A DNA stretch of 61,053 bases from an uncultured Erysipelothrix sp. (GCA_964350055.1 CAYGIY010000001.1:1-61053); one strand, 5' to 3'. Counted from the stretch's first letter, positions 19,711-32,918 are shown. The notes: a model not told the origin generated them from the sequence alone. Numbers and translations: made by a program.

Positions 19711-20346
19711 ATGTCAAATGAAAATTGCCCACTATGTTCAGGTGAAACAAACTTGTTTTATAGTGAAGAAAAACTCACTTACTATCAATGCAAAACATGT
19801 TCTGGTATCTTTTTAAAACCAGAACATGCTTTATCTAGAGAAGATGAAAAAGCACGCTATGATACCCACAACAACGACGTTGAAGATCCAAAATATCAAA
19901 ACTTTGTAAGCCCAATTACTACATCAGTGCTAAAACACCACCCAAATAGCCATGTTGGACTTGATTTTGGATGTGGTCCTGGTCCTGTTATCACGCATGT
20001 TTTGACTCACCATGGTTATCATCTAAACCTATATGATCCGTTCTATCATCCAAATGAAAACGTACTCAATCAAACATATGATTATATCGTATGTTGTGAA
20101 GTCATGGAACATTTTCTAGATCCTAAAAAAGAATTTGCATTGTTGCGCTCATTATTGCAATCAAAAGGATCGTTGTATTGTATGACTTGGTTGTATGATG
20201 AGTCCATTGATTTTGAATCTTGGTTTTATCGAAAAGATCCAACTCATGTTTTCTTTTATCAAAAAGAAACCATTGCCTTTATGGCAGATTATTTCAAGTT
20301 TAAATCTTTTCAAATCAATAACCGTCTTATTACGTTTCACCGATAG
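19711..20346 (+). CDS. Class I SAM-dependent methyltransferase with an N-terminal CxxC...CxxC zinc ribbon
   Basis: This is the only convincing plus-strand gene. The product is 211 aa with CPLC...CKTC at the N-terminus, the SAM motif LDFGCGPG and the motif CCEVMEHF. Confidence 0.8.
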   Translation: MSNENCPLCSGETNLFYSEEKLTYYQCKTCSGIFLKPEHALSREDEKARYDTHNNDVEDPKYQNFVSPITTSVLKHHPNSHVGLDFGCGPGPVITHVLTHHGYHLNLYDPFYHPNENVLNQTYDYIVCCEVMEHFLDPKKEFALLRSLLQSKGSLYCMTWLYDESIDFESWFYRKDPTHVFFYQKETIAFMADYFKFKSFQINNRLITFHR

Positions 20347-20365
20347 TCACTCTATCGGGTTTTTA
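20340..20365 (+). terminator. Rho-independent terminator of the methyltransferase gene
   Basis: A 7-bp stem CCGATAG (20340-20346) / CTATCGG (20352-20358) with a 5-nt loop is followed by GTTTTT. It includes the TAG stop. Confidence 0.7.
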
Positions 20366-20408
20366 TTGCAGACTAATTTCAAATTGATTTAAAATCACAT
20401 AACCAAAT

Positions 20409-20444
20409 AAAAAACCACATGTTAAGTACAATCTTGTGGTTTTT
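20409..20444. terminator. Orphan bidirectional hairpin in the convergent intergenic region
   Basis: AAAAACCACA (20409-20418) pairs with TGTGGTTTTT (20435-20444) around a 16-nt loop. It has A/T runs on both sides, and neither flanking gene needs it. Confidence 0.35.
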
Positions 20445-20521
20445 TAAGTAATTCACATTAATATTTAATTTATCATTAAGTAATAAAAACCGTGTAAATC
20501 TGAATAATAAAAGCAAAGACA

Positions 20522-20547
20522 TAAAAAAAAACTCCCAAATGGGAGTT
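20522..20547 (-). terminator. Rho-independent terminator of the rpsL-rpsG-fusA-tuf (str) operon
   Basis: On the minus strand the stem is ACUCCC-AUUU-GGGAGU, followed by U8-9 (A20523-A20530 on +). It lies 18 nt after the tuf stop. Confidence 0.8.
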
Positions 20548-20564
20548 GTTTGCTTGTGCTTAAA

Positions 20565-21749
20565 TTAAGCGATGATTTCGGTAACGTTACCAGCACCAAC
20601 GGTGCGACCACCTTCACGAATTGAGAATTTTGTTCCTTGCTCTACAGCAATTGGAGCAATCAATTCAACGATCATTTCTACGTTATCACCAGGCATAACC
20701 ATTTCAGTACCTTCTGGTAATTGGATAACTCCAGTTACGTCAGTTGTACGGAAATAGAATTGTGGGCGATAGTTAGAAACAAATGGGGTATGACGTCCGC
20801 CTTCTTCTTTGCTTAGTACGTAAACTTGTGCTTTAAATTTTGTGTGTGGTTTAACAGAACCAGGTTTTGCTAAAACTTGTCCACGCTCAACTTCTTCACG
20901 GTTTACACCACGAAGCAATGCACCTACGTTATCACCAGCTGTTGCAGAGTCCAATAATTTATGGAACATCTCAATACCAGTAACAACTGTTTTGCGTGTT
21001 GGGCGAATACCAACGATTTCAACTTCTTCAGATAGTTTAAGAACACCACGTTCTACACGTCCTGTAGCAACTGTACCACGACCAGAGATTGTGAATACAT
21101 CTTCTACTGACATTAAGAAAGGTTTGTCCATTTCACGTTCTGGAGAAGGAATGTATGTGTCAACTGCGTCCATTAATTCTTGGATTTTTTCTTCCCAAAC
21201 AGGATCGCCTTCACCAGCTTTAAGTGCTGAACCACGGATTACAGGTGCATTATCACCATCAAATCCATATGCGCTTAGAAGTTCACGAACTTCCATTTCA
21301 ACTAGGTCGATTAATTCTTCATCATCAACCATGTCGCATTTATTCAAGAATACTACCATGTGTGGGATACCAACTTGGCGACCCAACAAGATATGCTCAC
21401 GTGTTTGAGGCATAGGACCATCTGTTGCTGCCACAACAAGAATAGCGCCATCCATTTGTGCTGCACCAGTAATCATGTTTTTAACATAGTCAGCATGTCC
21501 TGGACAGTCAACGTGTGCATAGTGACGTTTGTCTGTTTGATACTCGACGTGTGCTGTATTAATAGTAATACCACGTGCTTTCTCTTCAGGAGCTCCATCA
21601 ATTTTGTCGTAGTCGACTTTTTGGGATTTCCCTGATTTTGATAAATAAGCTGTAATAGCCGCTGTCAAAGTTGTTTTACCATGGTCAACGTGTCCGATGG
21701 TACCAATATTGACGTGTTCTAACGACCGATCAAATTTTTGCTTTGCCAT
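20565..21749 (-). CDS. tuf: Elongation factor Tu
   Basis: The product is 394 aa with [14 protein letters not shown] and NKCD G-motifs. Confidence 0.98.
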   Translation of the reverse strand: MAKQKFDRSLEHVNIGTIGHVDHGKTTLTAAITAYLSKSGKSQKVDYDKIDGAPEEKARGITINTAHVEYQTDKRHYAHVDCPGHADYVKNMITGAAQMDGAILVVAATDGPMPQTREHILLGRQVGIPHMVVFLNKCDMVDDEELIDLVEMEVRELLSAYGFDGDNAPVIRGSALKAGEGDPVWEEKIQELMDAVDTYIPSPEREMDKPFLMSVEDVFTISGRGTVATGRVERGVLKLSEEVEIVGIRPTRKTVVTGIEMFHKLLDSATAGDNVGALLRGVNREEVERGQVLAKPGSVKPHTKFKAQVYVLSKEEGGRHTPFVSNYRPQFYFRTTDVTGVIQLPEGTEMVMPGDNVEMIVELIAPIAVEQGTKFSIREGGRTVGAGNVTEIIA

Positions 21750-21817
21750 TGCAAATTCCTCCTAATTTTGATTTGAAACACTTTCATTTTAAAATAAATC
21801 GTAACGTAATTCAACAA

Positions 21818-23896
21818 TTAGTTACTTGCTGCAGTCTTCTTTGCGATTTTCTCACTGATGCTCTTAGGTACTTCATTGTAGTGAGAGAACTGCATGGAAT
21901 AACTTCCACGTCCTTGAGTGAATGAACGCAAGTCAGTAGCATATCCAAACATTTCGGATAGTGGTACAAACGCCATCACGGCAACTGCATTACCACGCTC
22001 TTCTTGTTCACGGATTTGGCCACGACGAGAGGATATATCACCCATTACGCTTCCAAGGTAATCTGTAGGTGCTACCACTTCAACTTCCATGATTGGCTCC
22101 AGTAGCACTGGATTACATTTTTTAGCAGCTTCTTTTAAGGCCATACTACCTGCTATTTTAAAGGCCATTTCGGAAGAGTCCACTTCATGATATGAGCCAT
22201 CATATAAGGTAGCTTTAATATCGATGATTGGATAACCAGCAACTAACCCATTGTTGAGTGCTGCTTCAATACCTTCCATTGTTGGTTTAATATATTCTCT
22301 AGGAACCGTACCACCAACAATTGCGTCCACAAATTCAAAGCCTTTTCCAGTTTCATTTGGTTCAAAACGAACTCTAACATGTCCATACTGACCACGTCCA
22401 CCAGATTGACGAACAAACTTCCCTTCACACTCTGCCATTGCACGAATCGTTTCACGATAAGCAACTTGAGGTGCTCCAATGTTTGCTTCAACTTTGAATT
22501 CACGTTTCATACGATCAACCAAGATATCCAAGTGTAGTTCACCCATACCAGCGATAATGGTTTGACCCGTCTCATCATCGGTATACGTTCTAAATGTTGG
22601 ATCTTCCTCAGCTAGTTTGCTAAGTGCAATTCCCATCTTATCTTGGTCACCTTTAGATTTTGGTTCAATTGCGACATTGATTACTGGTTCTGGAAATTGC
22701 ATGGACTCCAATATAATTGGATTCTTTTCATCACACAATGTGTCACCAGTAACGGTATCTTTTAAACCAATGGCTGCTGCAATATCACCTGCAAATACTT
22801 CTGCAATTTCTTCACGGTGATTCGCATGCATTTGCATAATACGACCGAAACGTTCTCTTTTACCTTTTGTCGCATTGTACACATAAGATCCAGAAGATAG
22901 ATGTCCTGAGTAAACTCTAAAGTAACTCAAACGACCAACAAATGGATCTGTAGTAATCTTAAACGCAAGGGCACTAAAAGGTGCTTCATCATTGGATGGA
23001 CGAGCAGCTACCTCACCTGTTGGTAAGTGTCCCATGATGTGCGGGACATCAAGTGGTGAAGGTAAATAAGCCACCACTGCATCCAACATCGCAGTAACAC
23101 CTTTGTTTTTATAAGCCGCACCACATAGAACTGGGAAGAATTCACCACTTATTACTGCTTTTCGGATCGCTGTTTTTAGCTGATCCACGGTTGGTTCTTC
23201 ACCTTCAAGTACCATCATCATCATGTCATCGTCATAATCAGCAACCATCTCTAATAGTTGACTGCGATATGTATCAACAGACTCTTTGAATTCTTCAGGT
23301 ATTTCCGTAATGCGATCTTCTTTTAATGCTATATCTTGGAAATAATGAGCTTTCAATTCAACTAAATCAATTAACCCATCAAAATTTGCCTCAACGCCAA
23401 TAGGTAATTGGATTGGACATGCTTTAGCACCAAGACGACTTCCAATTGTCTTTACAGACATATAGAAATCAGCTCCAGTTGCATCCATTTTATTAACAAA
23501 CACAACACGAGGAACACTGTATTTTGTTGCTTGTCGCCATACTGTTTCAGTTTGTGGTTCAACACCACTCTTTGCATCAAGTACAGTAACAGCCCCATCT
23601 AGAACGCGTAAAGAACGTTCAACTTCAACTGTAAAATCCACGTGACCTGGGGTATCAATAATATTAATACGATGGTTTTTCCAAGCAGCAGTCGTAGCAG
23701 CAGAAGTAATCGTGATACCACGTTCTTGCTCTTGAGCCATCCAGTCCATGGTGGCTGCGCCATCATGGGTCTCCCCAATTTTATGTGTACGACCTGTATA
23801 AAACAGGATGCGCTCGGTCGTGGTTGTTTTCCCTGCGTCAATATGAGCCATAATGCCAATATTTCGCGTCATATATAATGAAAACTCACGTGCCAT
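21818..23896 (-). CDS. fusA: Elongation factor G
   Basis: The product is 692 aa with [17 protein letters not shown] and NKMD motifs. Confidence 0.98.
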   Translation of the reverse strand: MAREFSLYMTRNIGIMAHIDAGKTTTTERILFYTGRTHKIGETHDGAATMDWMAQEQERGITITSAATTAAWKNHRINIIDTPGHVDFTVEVERSLRVLDGAVTVLDAKSGVEPQTETVWRQATKYSVPRVVFVNKMDATGADFYMSVKTIGSRLGAKACPIQLPIGVEANFDGLIDLVELKAHYFQDIALKEDRITEIPEEFKESVDTYRSQLLEMVADYDDDMMMMVLEGEEPTVDQLKTAIRKAVISGEFFPVLCGAAYKNKGVTAMLDAVVAYLPSPLDVPHIMGHLPTGEVAARPSNDEAPFSALAFKITTDPFVGRLSYFRVYSGHLSSGSYVYNATKGKRERFGRIMQMHANHREEIAEVFAGDIAAAIGLKDTVTGDTLCDEKNPIILESMQFPEPVINVAIEPKSKGDQDKMGIALSKLAEEDPTFRTYTDDETGQTIIAGMGELHLDILVDRMKREFKVEANIGAPQVAYRETIRAMAECEGKFVRQSGGRGQYGHVRVRFEPNETGKGFEFVDAIVGGTVPREYIKPTMEGIEAALNNGLVAGYPIIDIKATLYDGSYHEVDSSEMAFKIAGSMALKEAAKKCNPVLLEPIMEVEVVAPTDYLGSVMGDISSRRGQIREQEERGNAVAVMAFVPLSEMFGYATDLRSFTQGRGSYSMQFSHYNEVPKSISEKIAKKTAASN

Positions 23897-23928
23897 AATT
23901 TACCTATCCTTTCTATAACAAATGCATC

Positions 23929-24399
23929 TTACCAACGGTAATGAGCAAATGCTTTGTTAGCCTCAGCCATTTTATGAATATCTTCACGCTTTTTAACTGA
24001 AGCACCAGTGCCGTTTGAGGCATCGATAATTTCGTTTGCTAAACGCATTTCCATTGTTTTTTCATTACGTAAACGCGCATAATTCACAACCCAACGTAAC
24101 CCAAGGGTTAGTTTTCTTTCAGCAGTCACTTCAATTGGAACTTGATAGTTTGACCCACCAACACGACGTGCTTTAAGTTCAAGCATTGGCATAACATTTG
24201 CCAAAGCTTTTTCAAATACTTCCATCGGTTCTGCACCGGTTTTTTCTTCAACGATTTCAAATGCGTTATACAAGATGGATTGAGCAACACCACGTTTACC
24301 ATCAATCATAATCTTGTTGATTAATCGTGTCACCAATTTAGAATTGTAAATCGGATCGACTAACACATCACGTTTTGCTATATAGCCTTTTCTTGGCAT
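23929..24399 (-). CDS. rpsG: 30S ribosomal protein S7
   Basis: The product is 156 aa and starts [20 protein letters not shown]. Confidence 0.97.
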   Translation of the reverse strand: MPRKGYIAKRDVLVDPIYNSKLVTRLINKIMIDGKRGVAQSILYNAFEIVEEKTGAEPMEVFEKALANVMPMLELKARRVGGSNYQVPIEVTAERKLTLGLRWVVNYARLRNEKTMEMRLANEIIDASNGTGASVKKREDIHKMAEANKAFAHYRW

Positions 24400-24426
24400 A
24401 ATAAATCTCTCCTTTCACAAAACTGT

Positions 24427-24837
24427 TTATTTAGGTTTTTTTGCACCGTATAATGAACGACTTTGCATACGTCCATTCACACCTGCACAGTCCATTGTTC
24501 CACGAATAATGTGGTAACGAACTCCAGGTAAATCCTTTACACGACCACCACGAATCATAATGACGCTGTGTTCTTGTAAGTTGTGTCCAATACCTGGAAT
24601 GTAAGCTGTGACTTCCATACCATTACTTAGACGAACACGCGCATATTTACGTAATGCTGAGTTAGGTTTTTTTGGTGTCATAGTTCCAACACGAGTACAT
24701 ACCCCACGTTTTTGAGGTGATGAAATTTTGGTCGGTTCTTTTAACAAAGTATTTAATCCGCGATTTAATGCGGGGGATTTTGATTTTGTCACTTTGCTTT
24801 TACGACTCTGACGTACTAACTGGTTAATTGTTGGCAT
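24427..24837 (-). CDS. rpsL: 30S ribosomal protein S12
   Basis: The track ORF extends to 24861. ATG 24837 ([10 protein letters not shown]...) has AAAGGAGAAAT upstream and gives 136 aa. Confidence 0.96.
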   Translation of the reverse strand: MPTINQLVRQSRKSKVTKSKSPALNRGLNTLLKEPTKISSPQKRGVCTRVGTMTPKKPNSALRKYARVRLSNGMEVTAYIPGIGHNLQEHSVIMIRGGRVKDLPGVRYHIIRGTMDCAGVNGRMQSRSLYGAKKPK

Positions 24838-24890
24838 ATTTCTCCTTTCATACACACACATCCTGGTGTGCCATATTTTTCAATAAGTTA

Positions 24891-24954
24891 AGTTTCCGCG
24901 CATGGGAAACTCAACTTTGTTTAAGCGTTATAATAATACAAAACGTATGGTCAA
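24891..24954 (-). promoter_or_regulatory. Candidate str-operon promoter and leader hairpin directly after rpoC
   Basis: On the minus strand it reads TTGACC (24954-24949), a 16-nt spacer, then TATAAC (24932-24927). It is followed by a 6-7 bp hairpin GUUUCC-CAUGCGC-GGAAAC (24891-24911). There is no terminator between the rpoC stop (24958) and this promoter. Confidence 0.4.
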
Positions 24955-24957
24955 ATG

Positions 24958-27900
24958 TCAATCATTACTTACAATTTCTTCATCAGATGCTTCTTCATCA
25001 CCAGTACGAGTCATCTCCTCTGGCAATGCAATCAAATCATCAGAAGGTTTATTGCGTTCAATCCGTTGTTCTCTAAAGTATTGCGCAAGCTCATGTATTT
25101 CTACTGAGGTTTCACGATGCTCTTTCGAACCTGTTCCAGCAGGAATCAACTTCCCGATGATGACATTCTCTTTTAGACCCATGAGTGGATCAATTTTGCC
25201 TTTAATCGAAGCATCTGTAAGAACTTTTGTTGTTTCTTGGAATGATGCTGCCGATAGGAAGGAATCCGTTTCAACTGAAGCTTTCGAAATACCAAGCAAT
25301 GTTGGTCTAAAGATCGCAGGACGTTTTCCTGCTAATAAAGCGTTACGGTTAATATTTGTGATTGCTGGTAAGCTTAATTGAACACCAGGGCTCAATGTCG
25401 TATCTTGACCATCAATGATAATTACTTTACGTAACATTTGACGGATCATAACCTCAACGTGTTTATCTGAAATTTCAATCCCTTGACTTGCATAAACTTT
25501 TTTCACTTCTTTTAAGATGTAGTTTTGAACTTCATTTACCCCAGCAACTTCAAGTAGTTCCTTAGGATTAACTTGACCTTCGGTTAACTTATCACCAGCC
25601 AAGACTTCTGTACCAATTTTCATCCAAGAACGAATCGTTTGATTCACATCAACTTCATGTTCGATGCTTTCTTTATCATTGGATACAACAATCTTTGTTT
25701 TGCGATTGTTTTCATCGCTTTCAATAACATCAGTAATTGCGCCATCTATTTTAGATAATACTGCGACAGCTTTTGGTAAACGTGCTTCAAAGAGTTCTTC
25801 AACACGAGGTAAACCTTGTGTGATATCTTGTCCTTCAGCAGCAGCAACTCCACCAGTGTGGAATGTCCGCATAGTTAACTGTGTCCCTGGTTCACCAATG
25901 GATTGAGCAGCCATAATCCCAACTGCCTCTCCTACTTCAACTAGTTTACCAGTCGCCATGTTACGACCATAACACTTCTTACAAATACCATAGGTTGAAT
26001 CACAAGTAAAGACGTTGCGAATCAAGACTTCTTTTAGACCTGATTCTTGAATCGTTCGTGCTTTTAAGTCATCAATAAATTCATCTTCTTCAACCAACAC
26101 TTCTTGTGTGGTTGGATCAACAACTGTTTCTTTAGCATAGCGACCAACAAGACGATCATAGAGTGATTCAATAATTGAATTTGTTTTACGATCTACAATC
26201 TCACCGACTGAGTAACCACGATCAGTACCACAGTCATCTTCATTAATGATAACATCTTGAGCAACATCAACCAAACGACGTGTTAGATAACCAGACTCAG
26301 CCGTTTTAAGTGCTGTATCGGTTAACCCTTTACGAACTCCATGGGTTGAAATAAAGAACTCACTCACATTGAGCCCTTCTCTAAAAGAAGAGTAAATAGG
26401 AACCTCAATGATAGATGATTGATATTCTTTTTTTGATTTGGACTGAGTAGGTTTTGCCATCAATCCACGCATACCAGCAAGTTGTGTAAAGTGTGAACGA
26501 TTACCACGTGCTCCTGAGACAGCCATCATATTAATTGGATTTTTACGAGGTAATGTTTCCATCAACTCATCACCAATTTTATCTTTAACTTTGTCCCAAA
26601 GCTGTGTTAAATGACGCTCCCACTCCCATGCTGTTAAACGACCACGACGATACAAGTCCATCAATTCAGTCGCTTTCTCTTTACCTTGCTCCACATACTT
26701 TTGTTTGTTAGGAGCAACGTTAATATCAGCAAGTGATACTGTCATACCCGCAATCGTTGAATACTTAAATCCAAGATCTTTAATTTCATCTAGAATTTCA
26801 GAAGTTTTCTTTGTGCTATAACGATTGAATACTTCTGTAATAATCAACCCTAAATCCTTTTTCTTAAAGTCACTAGACAAAGGCATACCAGATATGATTT
26901 CTTTGATGTTTTCACCTTGAGCAATAAAGAATTTCTCAGGTGTCGCAACAAAGTTTTCGATTGAAACTTCATTTAGGTAAGGGAAATCAGCAGGAAACAT
27001 TTCATTAAATATAAGTTTGCCGACTGTTGTGACTAAGTATGATCTGTTTTGATCTACACTAAATCCTTCTTTTTTAAGTGATGATGCTCGTACAGCAATA
27101 CGTGTGTGTAAGTGAAGGTGTTTGTTTTCAAATGCCAATAATGCTTCATTGGCACTTTTAAAGACTTTACCTTCATTGCTTGCATACAAGCGTAGTTGCT
27201 CACCAGCTTCTAAATCACCTAATGCTTCTACCGCATCTGCTTTTTCAATGAACTCTTCAGCAGACTCTTCCATGTTAAGGAAGAAATTACCAAGCACCAT
27301 ATCTTGTGATGGTGTAACAATTGGTTTTCCATCTTTAGGTCCTAATATGTTATTAGACCCTAACATTAAGATTTCAGCTTCAGCACGCGCTTCTTCTGAT
27401 AAAGGAACATGGACAGCCATTTGGTCACCGTCAAAGTCAGCATTAAATGCCGGTGTGACAAGTGGGTGCAAACGGATCGCACGACCTTCAACAAGTTTAG
27501 GGAAGAACGCCTGAATCCCTAATCGGTGTAGTGTTGGTGCACGGTTTAATAAGACAGGGTGATCTTTAATTACTTCTTCAACAATATCCCATACTCGTGG
27601 ATCTTGACGGTCAATCAACTTCTCAGCTGTTTTTGGATTTCCAGCAATTCCACGAACTACAATTTCATTAATTACAAAAGGTTTAAATAGTTGAATTGCC
27701 ATTTCACGTGGAATACCACATTCATACATTTTCAAATCAGGTCCAACAGCAATAACACTACGGCCTGAAAAGTCAACGCGTTTCCCTAATAGGTTTTGAC
27801 GGAAACGACCTTGTTTTCCTTTTAAGCTATGACTCAATGATTTTAATGCACGTCCTCCTGCACCAGTGATTGGTTTCGAGCGACGACCATTATCAATTAG

Positions 27901-28782
27901 AGCATCCACCGCTTCTTGGAGCATCCGCTTTTCATTTTGAACAATAATTGCTGGTGTTCCAAGCTCAAGTAACTTACGTAGACGATTGTTACGAGTAATG
28001 ACACGACGATATAAATCATTCAAGTCACTTGTCGCAAAACGACCACCATCCAATTGCAACATTGGACGTAAATCTGGTGGAATTACTGGTAATACTGATA
28101 AGACCATCCATGAAGGATGATTATCAGAAAACAAGAATGCTTCCACTGTTTCTAAGCGTTTGATTAATTTTTTACGTTTTTCACTTACTGCATCTTCTAA
28201 ATCAGCAATGATTAAATCATGCTCTTTTTGAAGATCAATTTGCTCAAGTAACGTTTGAACAGCTTCTGCACCTGTTTTTGCAACAAATGACCCACGACCA
28301 AACTTATCAGAATAATCGCGTAGCTCTCGTTCAGAAATAACTTGCTTATAATCTAAGTCGGTATTCTTAGGATCAGTAACGACCCAAGAAACGAAATAGA
28401 CAACTTCTTCTAATGCTTTGGGTGGGATGTTAAGCAACAAACTCATTCGTGAAGGAATCCCACGTAAATACCAAATATGTGCGACAGGAGCAGCTAATTC
28501 AATATGACCCATCCGTTCACGACGAACGTTTGATTTGGTGATTTCAACACCGCAACGGTCACATACAACCCCTTTATAGCGGACCTTCTTGTATTTACCA
28601 CAATAACATTCCCAGTCCTTGCTTGGACCAAATATTTTCTCACAAAACAACCCATCACGTTCAGGTTTCTGTGAACGGTAGTTAATCGTTTCAGGTTTTC
28701 TAACCTCACCATGAGACCATTCTAAAATTCTCTCACGGGATGCTAAACCAATTTGAATCGAGGCGAAATTATTTACACTCAT
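24958..28782 (-). CDS. rpoC: DNA-directed RNA polymerase subunit beta'
   Basis: The product is 1274 aa with the Zn-binding CxC..C..C near the N-terminus and the catalytic NADFDGD motif. Confidence 0.98.
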   Translation of the reverse strand: MSVNNFASIQIGLASRERILEWSHGEVRKPETINYRSQKPERDGLFCEKIFGPSKDWECYCGKYKKVRYKGVVCDRCGVEITKSNVRRERMGHIELAAPVAHIWYLRGIPSRMSLLLNIPPKALEEVVYFVSWVVTDPKNTDLDYKQVISERELRDYSDKFGRGSFVAKTGAEAVQTLLEQIDLQKEHDLIIADLEDAVSEKRKKLIKRLETVEAFLFSDNHPSWMVLSVLPVIPPDLRPMLQLDGGRFATSDLNDLYRRVITRNNRLRKLLELGTPAIIVQNEKRMLQEAVDALIDNGRRSKPITGAGGRALKSLSHSLKGKQGRFRQNLLGKRVDFSGRSVIAVGPDLKMYECGIPREMAIQLFKPFVINEIVVRGIAGNPKTAEKLIDRQDPRVWDIVEEVIKDHPVLLNRAPTLHRLGIQAFFPKLVEGRAIRLHPLVTPAFNADFDGDQMAVHVPLSEEARAEAEILMLGSNNILGPKDGKPIVTPSQDMVLGNFFLNMEESAEEFIEKADAVEALGDLEAGEQLRLYASNEGKVFKSANEALLAFENKHLHLHTRIAVRASSLKKEGFSVDQNRSYLVTTVGKLIFNEMFPADFPYLNEVSIENFVATPEKFFIAQGENIKEIISGMPLSSDFKKKDLGLIITEVFNRYSTKKTSEILDEIKDLGFKYSTIAGMTVSLADINVAPNKQKYVEQGKEKATELMDLYRRGRLTAWEWERHLTQLWDKVKDKIGDELMETLPRKNPINMMAVSGARGNRSHFTQLAGMRGLMAKPTQSKSKKEYQSSIIEVPIYSSFREGLNVSEFFISTHGVRKGLTDTALKTAESGYLTRRLVDVAQDVIINEDDCGTDRGYSVGEIVDRKTNSIIESLYDRLVGRYAKETVVDPTTQEVLVEEDEFIDDLKARTIQESGLKEVLIRNVFTCDSTYGICKKCYGRNMATGKLVEVGEAVGIMAAQSIGEPGTQLTMRTFHTGGVAAAEGQDITQGLPRVEELFEARLPKAVAVLSKIDGAITDVIESDENNRKTKIVVSNDKESIEHEVDVNQTIRSWMKIGTEVLAGDKLTEGQVNPKELLEVAGVNEVQNYILKEVKKVYASQGIEISDKHVEVMIRQMLRKVIIIDGQDTTLSPGVQLSLPAITNINRNALLAGKRPAIFRPTLLGISKASVETDSFLSAASFQETTKVLTDASIKGKIDPLMGLKENVIIGKLIPAGTGSKEHRETSVEIHELAQYFREQRIERNKPSDDLIALPEEMTRTGDEEASDEEIVSND

Positions 28783-28796
28783 ACGTATGCCTCCTT

Positions 28797-31700
28797 TTAC
28801 TGTTCATCATCAAAGCCAACAACTGCTGCTTCAATGATGTCTTCTTCATCAACTTCTAAACTAACTTCTAAGGATGCATCAGATTCTTCGATATTGATAA
28901 TCGCTGCTAATTCATCCACTTCCATTTTCTTAATATCAATTTCACGACCTTCTTCATTTAGCAACTTAACATCAATTGCTAATGCTTGAAGTTCATGCTT
29001 TAACACTCTAAAGGATTCTGGTACACCAGGTTCAGGAATATCCTTACCTTTAATGATGGCTTCATATGTTTTTGTGCGTCCTGAAATATCATCCGATTTA
29101 ATCGTCAATATTTCTTGGAGTGCTTTGGCAGCGCCATAAGCTTCAAGTGCCCAAACTTCCATCTCACCAAAACGCTGACCACCATTTTGTGCTTTACCAC
29201 CAAGAGGTTGTTGGGTAACAAGTGAGTAAGGACCTGTTGCACGTGCATGTAATTTATCATCAACCATGTGTGCAAGTTTAATCATATACATAACACCAAC
29301 TGCGATGCGTTCATCAAACTCTTCACCTGTACGTCCATCAAATAACACTGTTTTACCATCACTTGAAAGCTCTGCTTCCTCCATGATTGCTTTTAACTCT
29401 TCGTTATTGATGCCATCGAAAACCGGTGTTGCAAATTTTAAGCCTAATTTCTTAGCTGCCATACCCAAATGGATTTCGAGTACTTGTCCAATATTCATAC
29501 GTGATGGAACTCCAAATGGGTTCAACATGATATCGACTTGTGTTCCATCTGGTAAAAACGGCATGTCTTCAATTGGTAGAATCTTTGAAATAACCCCTTT
29601 ATTACCATGACGTCCAGCCATTTTATCCCCTTCGGAGATTTTACGCTTTTGGACAATGTATACTTTGACAATCTCATTTACACCTGGAGGTAAATCATGA
29701 CCGCTCGCTCGATTAAAGATTCTAACCGCTTGAACAATTCCGCTACCACCATGTGGTACTTTCAATGAGTTATCACGAACTTCTCGTGACTTCTCACCAA
29801 AGATTGCTAATAATAGTTTTTCTTCTGGTGAAATTTCACTTTGACCTTTAGGGGTAACTTTCCCAACGAGAATATCACCTTCTTTAACTTCAGCACCAAC
29901 CATGACAATGCCACGGCCATCAAGATGACGGCATGCATTTTCAGACACGTTTGGTATATCACGCGTGATTTCTTCAGGTCCTAGTTTTGTCTCACGAATC
30001 TCTATATCATACTCTTCGATATGAATTGATGTGTAAACATCATCACGAACAAGTCGTTCTGACATAATCACAGCATCTTCATAGTTATAACCATACCAAG
30101 TCATAAAGGCGATGGTCACATTTTGTCCTAGTGCTAACTCACCTTTATCCATTGCTGGTCCATCAGCCAATATATCACCGGCTTCAATCTGTTCACCTTT
30201 TTTTACAAGTGGTGTTTGATTGATGCTTGTTCCTTGATTGGATCGTCTAAATTTCTGAAGTGTGTAAATTTTCTCATTATCTTTTTCACTGACAATAATT
30301 TTCTTGCCATCAACATAGGTGACGACACCATTATTTGCTGCAATGATTGCACTACCTGAGTCTTTTGCAACTCGATATTCAATTCCTGTTCCAACATAAG
30401 GTGAATCAGGTTTAATAAGAGGAATTGCTTGACGTTGCATGTTAGCACCCATCAAAGCACGAGAGGCATCATCATTTTCCAAAAACGGAATTGCTGCAGT
30501 CGCAACTGAAACAATTTGCTTTGGACTAATATCCGCTAGTTCAACTAACGCACGTTTTGAAATGATGTTTTCACCTTTGTATCGAACAACCACTTCATCA
30601 TTGACTAGTTTCCCATCAATGACTTCATTGGCTTGTGCAATAACATAGTCAAGTTCATCATCACTAGATAAATAGATGACTTCATCTGTAACTAAACCAT
30701 CTTGGTCAACAACACGATATGGCGTTTGAATAAACCCATATTCATTGACGCGACCATAGGTTGTTAAGTTTGAAATCAATCCGATATTTGGACCCTCAGG
30801 GGTTTCAATTGGACAGATACGACCATAGTGGGAACTATGAACATCACGTACTTCATATCCTGCACGTTCACGTGTTAGACCACCAGGTCCTAAGGCAGAG
30901 ATACGACGTTTATTTGTAAGTTCAGCTAATGGATTGGTTTGATCCATAAACTGTGATAGCTGCGAACTTGAGAAGAATTCTTTGATTGCCGCTGTTAATG
31001 GACGAATGTTTGTTAGGTTTTTCGGTGTCAATTGCGCTGTTTCAGTAATTGACATTCTTTCCTTAACCACACGTTCCATTCTTGATAAACCAATTCTAAA
31101 TTGGTTTTGAATCAATTCACCGACCGTACGAATGCGACGATTACCTAATTGGTCGATATCATCAACATCACCAACACCATCAAATAGATTTAATAGATAG
31201 TCATAAGATGCAATCATATCCGAAACCGTCACGGTTTTCGCTTGGCTTAGTGGATCTAATCCAATCACTTTAACAGCTGTGCTTGCTTTTTCTGGCACAA
31301 CATAGATTTCTTGAAGGGCAGCACCAATAAGCCAAACTGATACATCTTTGGTTGCTGTTGCTTTTACAAGTGCGTCTTCTTGTTTAATCGTTAATGTTTG
31401 TTTGCTGTTGGACTCTACTTTGTAAATATATGGTTTAACCACTTCTTTTTTATCCACAACAAATGCTTCACCATCAACAACAATACGTCCAAGTGTGTAC
31501 AAACGTTGACCATAATTCAATGTTGCACGTGCATTTTCAGTGTTTAGCTTCACTTCTTTTGCAATAACACCTGCATAGATTGAAATTAATTGATCAACAC
31601 TACTCAAGACCTTTACATCTTGACGATCTAAAACACGACCAGCATGATATGTGATGCCATCGTGTTCAAAATCTTTTGCAACCACACGACCCAATATTGC

Positions 31701-32918
31701 TAAATTCATGTTCGTTGACACTTCAACGACATCAGGATGGGCAAATAAGTGATTAATTGGAAATGCTTGCATATAAACACCTGTGTTTAACACAGATCTT
31801 AATTCATCGCGTTCTTTACGTTTAATGAATGTTCCAGATGGATAAACTACTTTTCCATCATGATCACAAACATCCATAGCCAAACGTGTACTCTCAATAC
31901 GAGCACCCGCTGATAGCTTTTTCTTTAATTTATAGCGTCCAGCTTTTGTTAAATCATAGCGTCTATGGTCAAAGAACTTTGCATTCATCAAGTTAACAGC
32001 ACCATCGTAAGTGGCAACTTCATCTGATCTTTGATTTTCATACACCGACAACAATGCTTCTTGTGTTGTTTTGATTTTATCTGCAACGAGTGTATTGGTG
32101 ATTTCTTCATAATTACCAAATAACGCATTATATAATAATATATAATTATTCAAGAATTCTCTTGGTTCATTGATGACTTCAACATCTTCTAATACAGGTA
32201 AATTCATCGCTTCTAAGAAACGTTTGAAATCACCAGTCTCTAAAGCATCTTCGCCTTTGGCAAAGTCCAATGATAATCCAATTGCTTTTAGTAATACGGA
32301 GGATAGAATCTTACGTTTTCGATCCACACGCATGTTGATGATTCGGCCAAGCGCTTGCTTTTTTGAATCACTCAACAATTCAAGCCAAGTTCCTCTACTA
32401 GGAATCAACTCGGATTGATAAACATCTTTCTGTCCTTTATCTTCAGGAACAATTTCATAGTACGCTCCTGGAGATCGCACAATTTGAGATACAATGACAC
32501 GTTCTGCACCATTGACAATAAATGTCCCTGATTCACTCATTAATGGGAAATCACCCAAAAATACATCCTCGAATTTCTCAATGACCTCACCGGTTTGAGA
32601 ATCTAGAATAGAAAGCTTCATTTTTGCTTTCAATGGAGCCGCGTAGTTCGCTTCTCTAATCTTGCATTCCAATACATCATATTTTGGAACACCAAAGTCA
32701 TAATTAATAAATTCCAATTTAATGGACTCACTATAGTTCATGATTGGATAAATCTCGTCAAAGACTTCTTTTATCCCTTCTTGTTGGAACCATTTAAAGG
32801 AATCCGTCTGTATTTCTACTAAATTGGGAAGGTCGAGTTCTCCACTAACTTTCGAGTAGTCGCGTCGAACTGCTTTATTTCCAAATTTCGACAGCTTATA
32901 AGATTGGTTTTTCTTCAT
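28797..32918 (-). CDS. rpoB: DNA-directed RNA polymerase subunit beta, with lineage-specific insertions
   Basis: The track ORF extends to 32993. ATG 32918 ([13 protein letters not shown]...) has AAGGAAG 7 nt upstream. The 1373-aa product carries conserved beta motifs ([13 protein letters not shown], the rifampicin-cluster [17 protein letters not shown], and NMGQ-like regions). Confidence 0.96.
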   Translation of the reverse strand: MKKNQSYKLSKFGNKAVRRDYSKVSGELDLPNLVEIQTDSFKWFQQEGIKEVFDEIYPIMNYSESIKLEFINYDFGVPKYDVLECKIREANYAAPLKAKMKLSILDSQTGEVIEKFEDVFLGDFPLMSESGTFIVNGAERVIVSQIVRSPGAYYEIVPEDKGQKDVYQSELIPSRGTWLELLSDSKKQALGRIINMRVDRKRKILSSVLLKAIGLSLDFAKGEDALETGDFKRFLEAMNLPVLEDVEVINEPREFLNNYILLYNALFGNYEEITNTLVADKIKTTQEALLSVYENQRSDEVATYDGAVNLMNAKFFDHRRYDLTKAGRYKLKKKLSAGARIESTRLAMDVCDHDGKVVYPSGTFIKRKERDELRSVLNTGVYMQAFPINHLFAHPDVVEVSTNMNLAILGRVVAKDFEHDGITYHAGRVLDRQDVKVLSSVDQLISIYAGVIAKEVKLNTENARATLNYGQRLYTLGRIVVDGEAFVVDKKEVVKPYIYKVESNSKQTLTIKQEDALVKATATKDVSVWLIGAALQEIYVVPEKASTAVKVIGLDPLSQAKTVTVSDMIASYDYLLNLFDGVGDVDDIDQLGNRRIRTVGELIQNQFRIGLSRMERVVKERMSITETAQLTPKNLTNIRPLTAAIKEFFSSSQLSQFMDQTNPLAELTNKRRISALGPGGLTRERAGYEVRDVHSSHYGRICPIETPEGPNIGLISNLTTYGRVNEYGFIQTPYRVVDQDGLVTDEVIYLSSDDELDYVIAQANEVIDGKLVNDEVVVRYKGENIISKRALVELADISPKQIVSVATAAIPFLENDDASRALMGANMQRQAIPLIKPDSPYVGTGIEYRVAKDSGSAIIAANNGVVTYVDGKKIIVSEKDNEKIYTLQKFRRSNQGTSINQTPLVKKGEQIEAGDILADGPAMDKGELALGQNVTIAFMTWYGYNYEDAVIMSERLVRDDVYTSIHIEEYDIEIRETKLGPEEITRDIPNVSENACRHLDGRGIVMVGAEVKEGDILVGKVTPKGQSEISPEEKLLLAIFGEKSREVRDNSLKVPHGGSGIVQAVRIFNRASGHDLPPGVNEIVKVYIVQKRKISEGDKMAGRHGNKGVISKILPIEDMPFLPDGTQVDIMLNPFGVPSRMNIGQVLEIHLGMAAKKLGLKFATPVFDGINNEELKAIMEEAELSSDGKTVLFDGRTGEEFDERIAVGVMYMIKLAHMVDDKLHARATGPYSLVTQQPLGGKAQNGGQRFGEMEVWALEAYGAAKALQEILTIKSDDISGRTKTYEAIIKGKDIPEPGVPESFRVLKHELQALAIDVKLLNEEGREIDIKKMEVDELAAIINIEESDASLEVSLEVDEEDIIEAAVVGFDDEQ

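Noticed and set aside
20842-21408. A 188-aa plus-strand ORF antisense to tuf. Similar long plus-strand ORFs lie opposite rpsE (10946-11428), rpoC (24902-25381, 27122-27514), rplE/rplX (13416-13787), gap (45496-45864) and others.
   Set aside because: Each lies entirely inside a highly conserved, confidently identified minus-strand gene. None has an SD or promoter, and their compositions are low-complexity (Ser/Thr/Pro/Ile-rich). They are typical shadow ORFs produced by the codon bias of the real gene.
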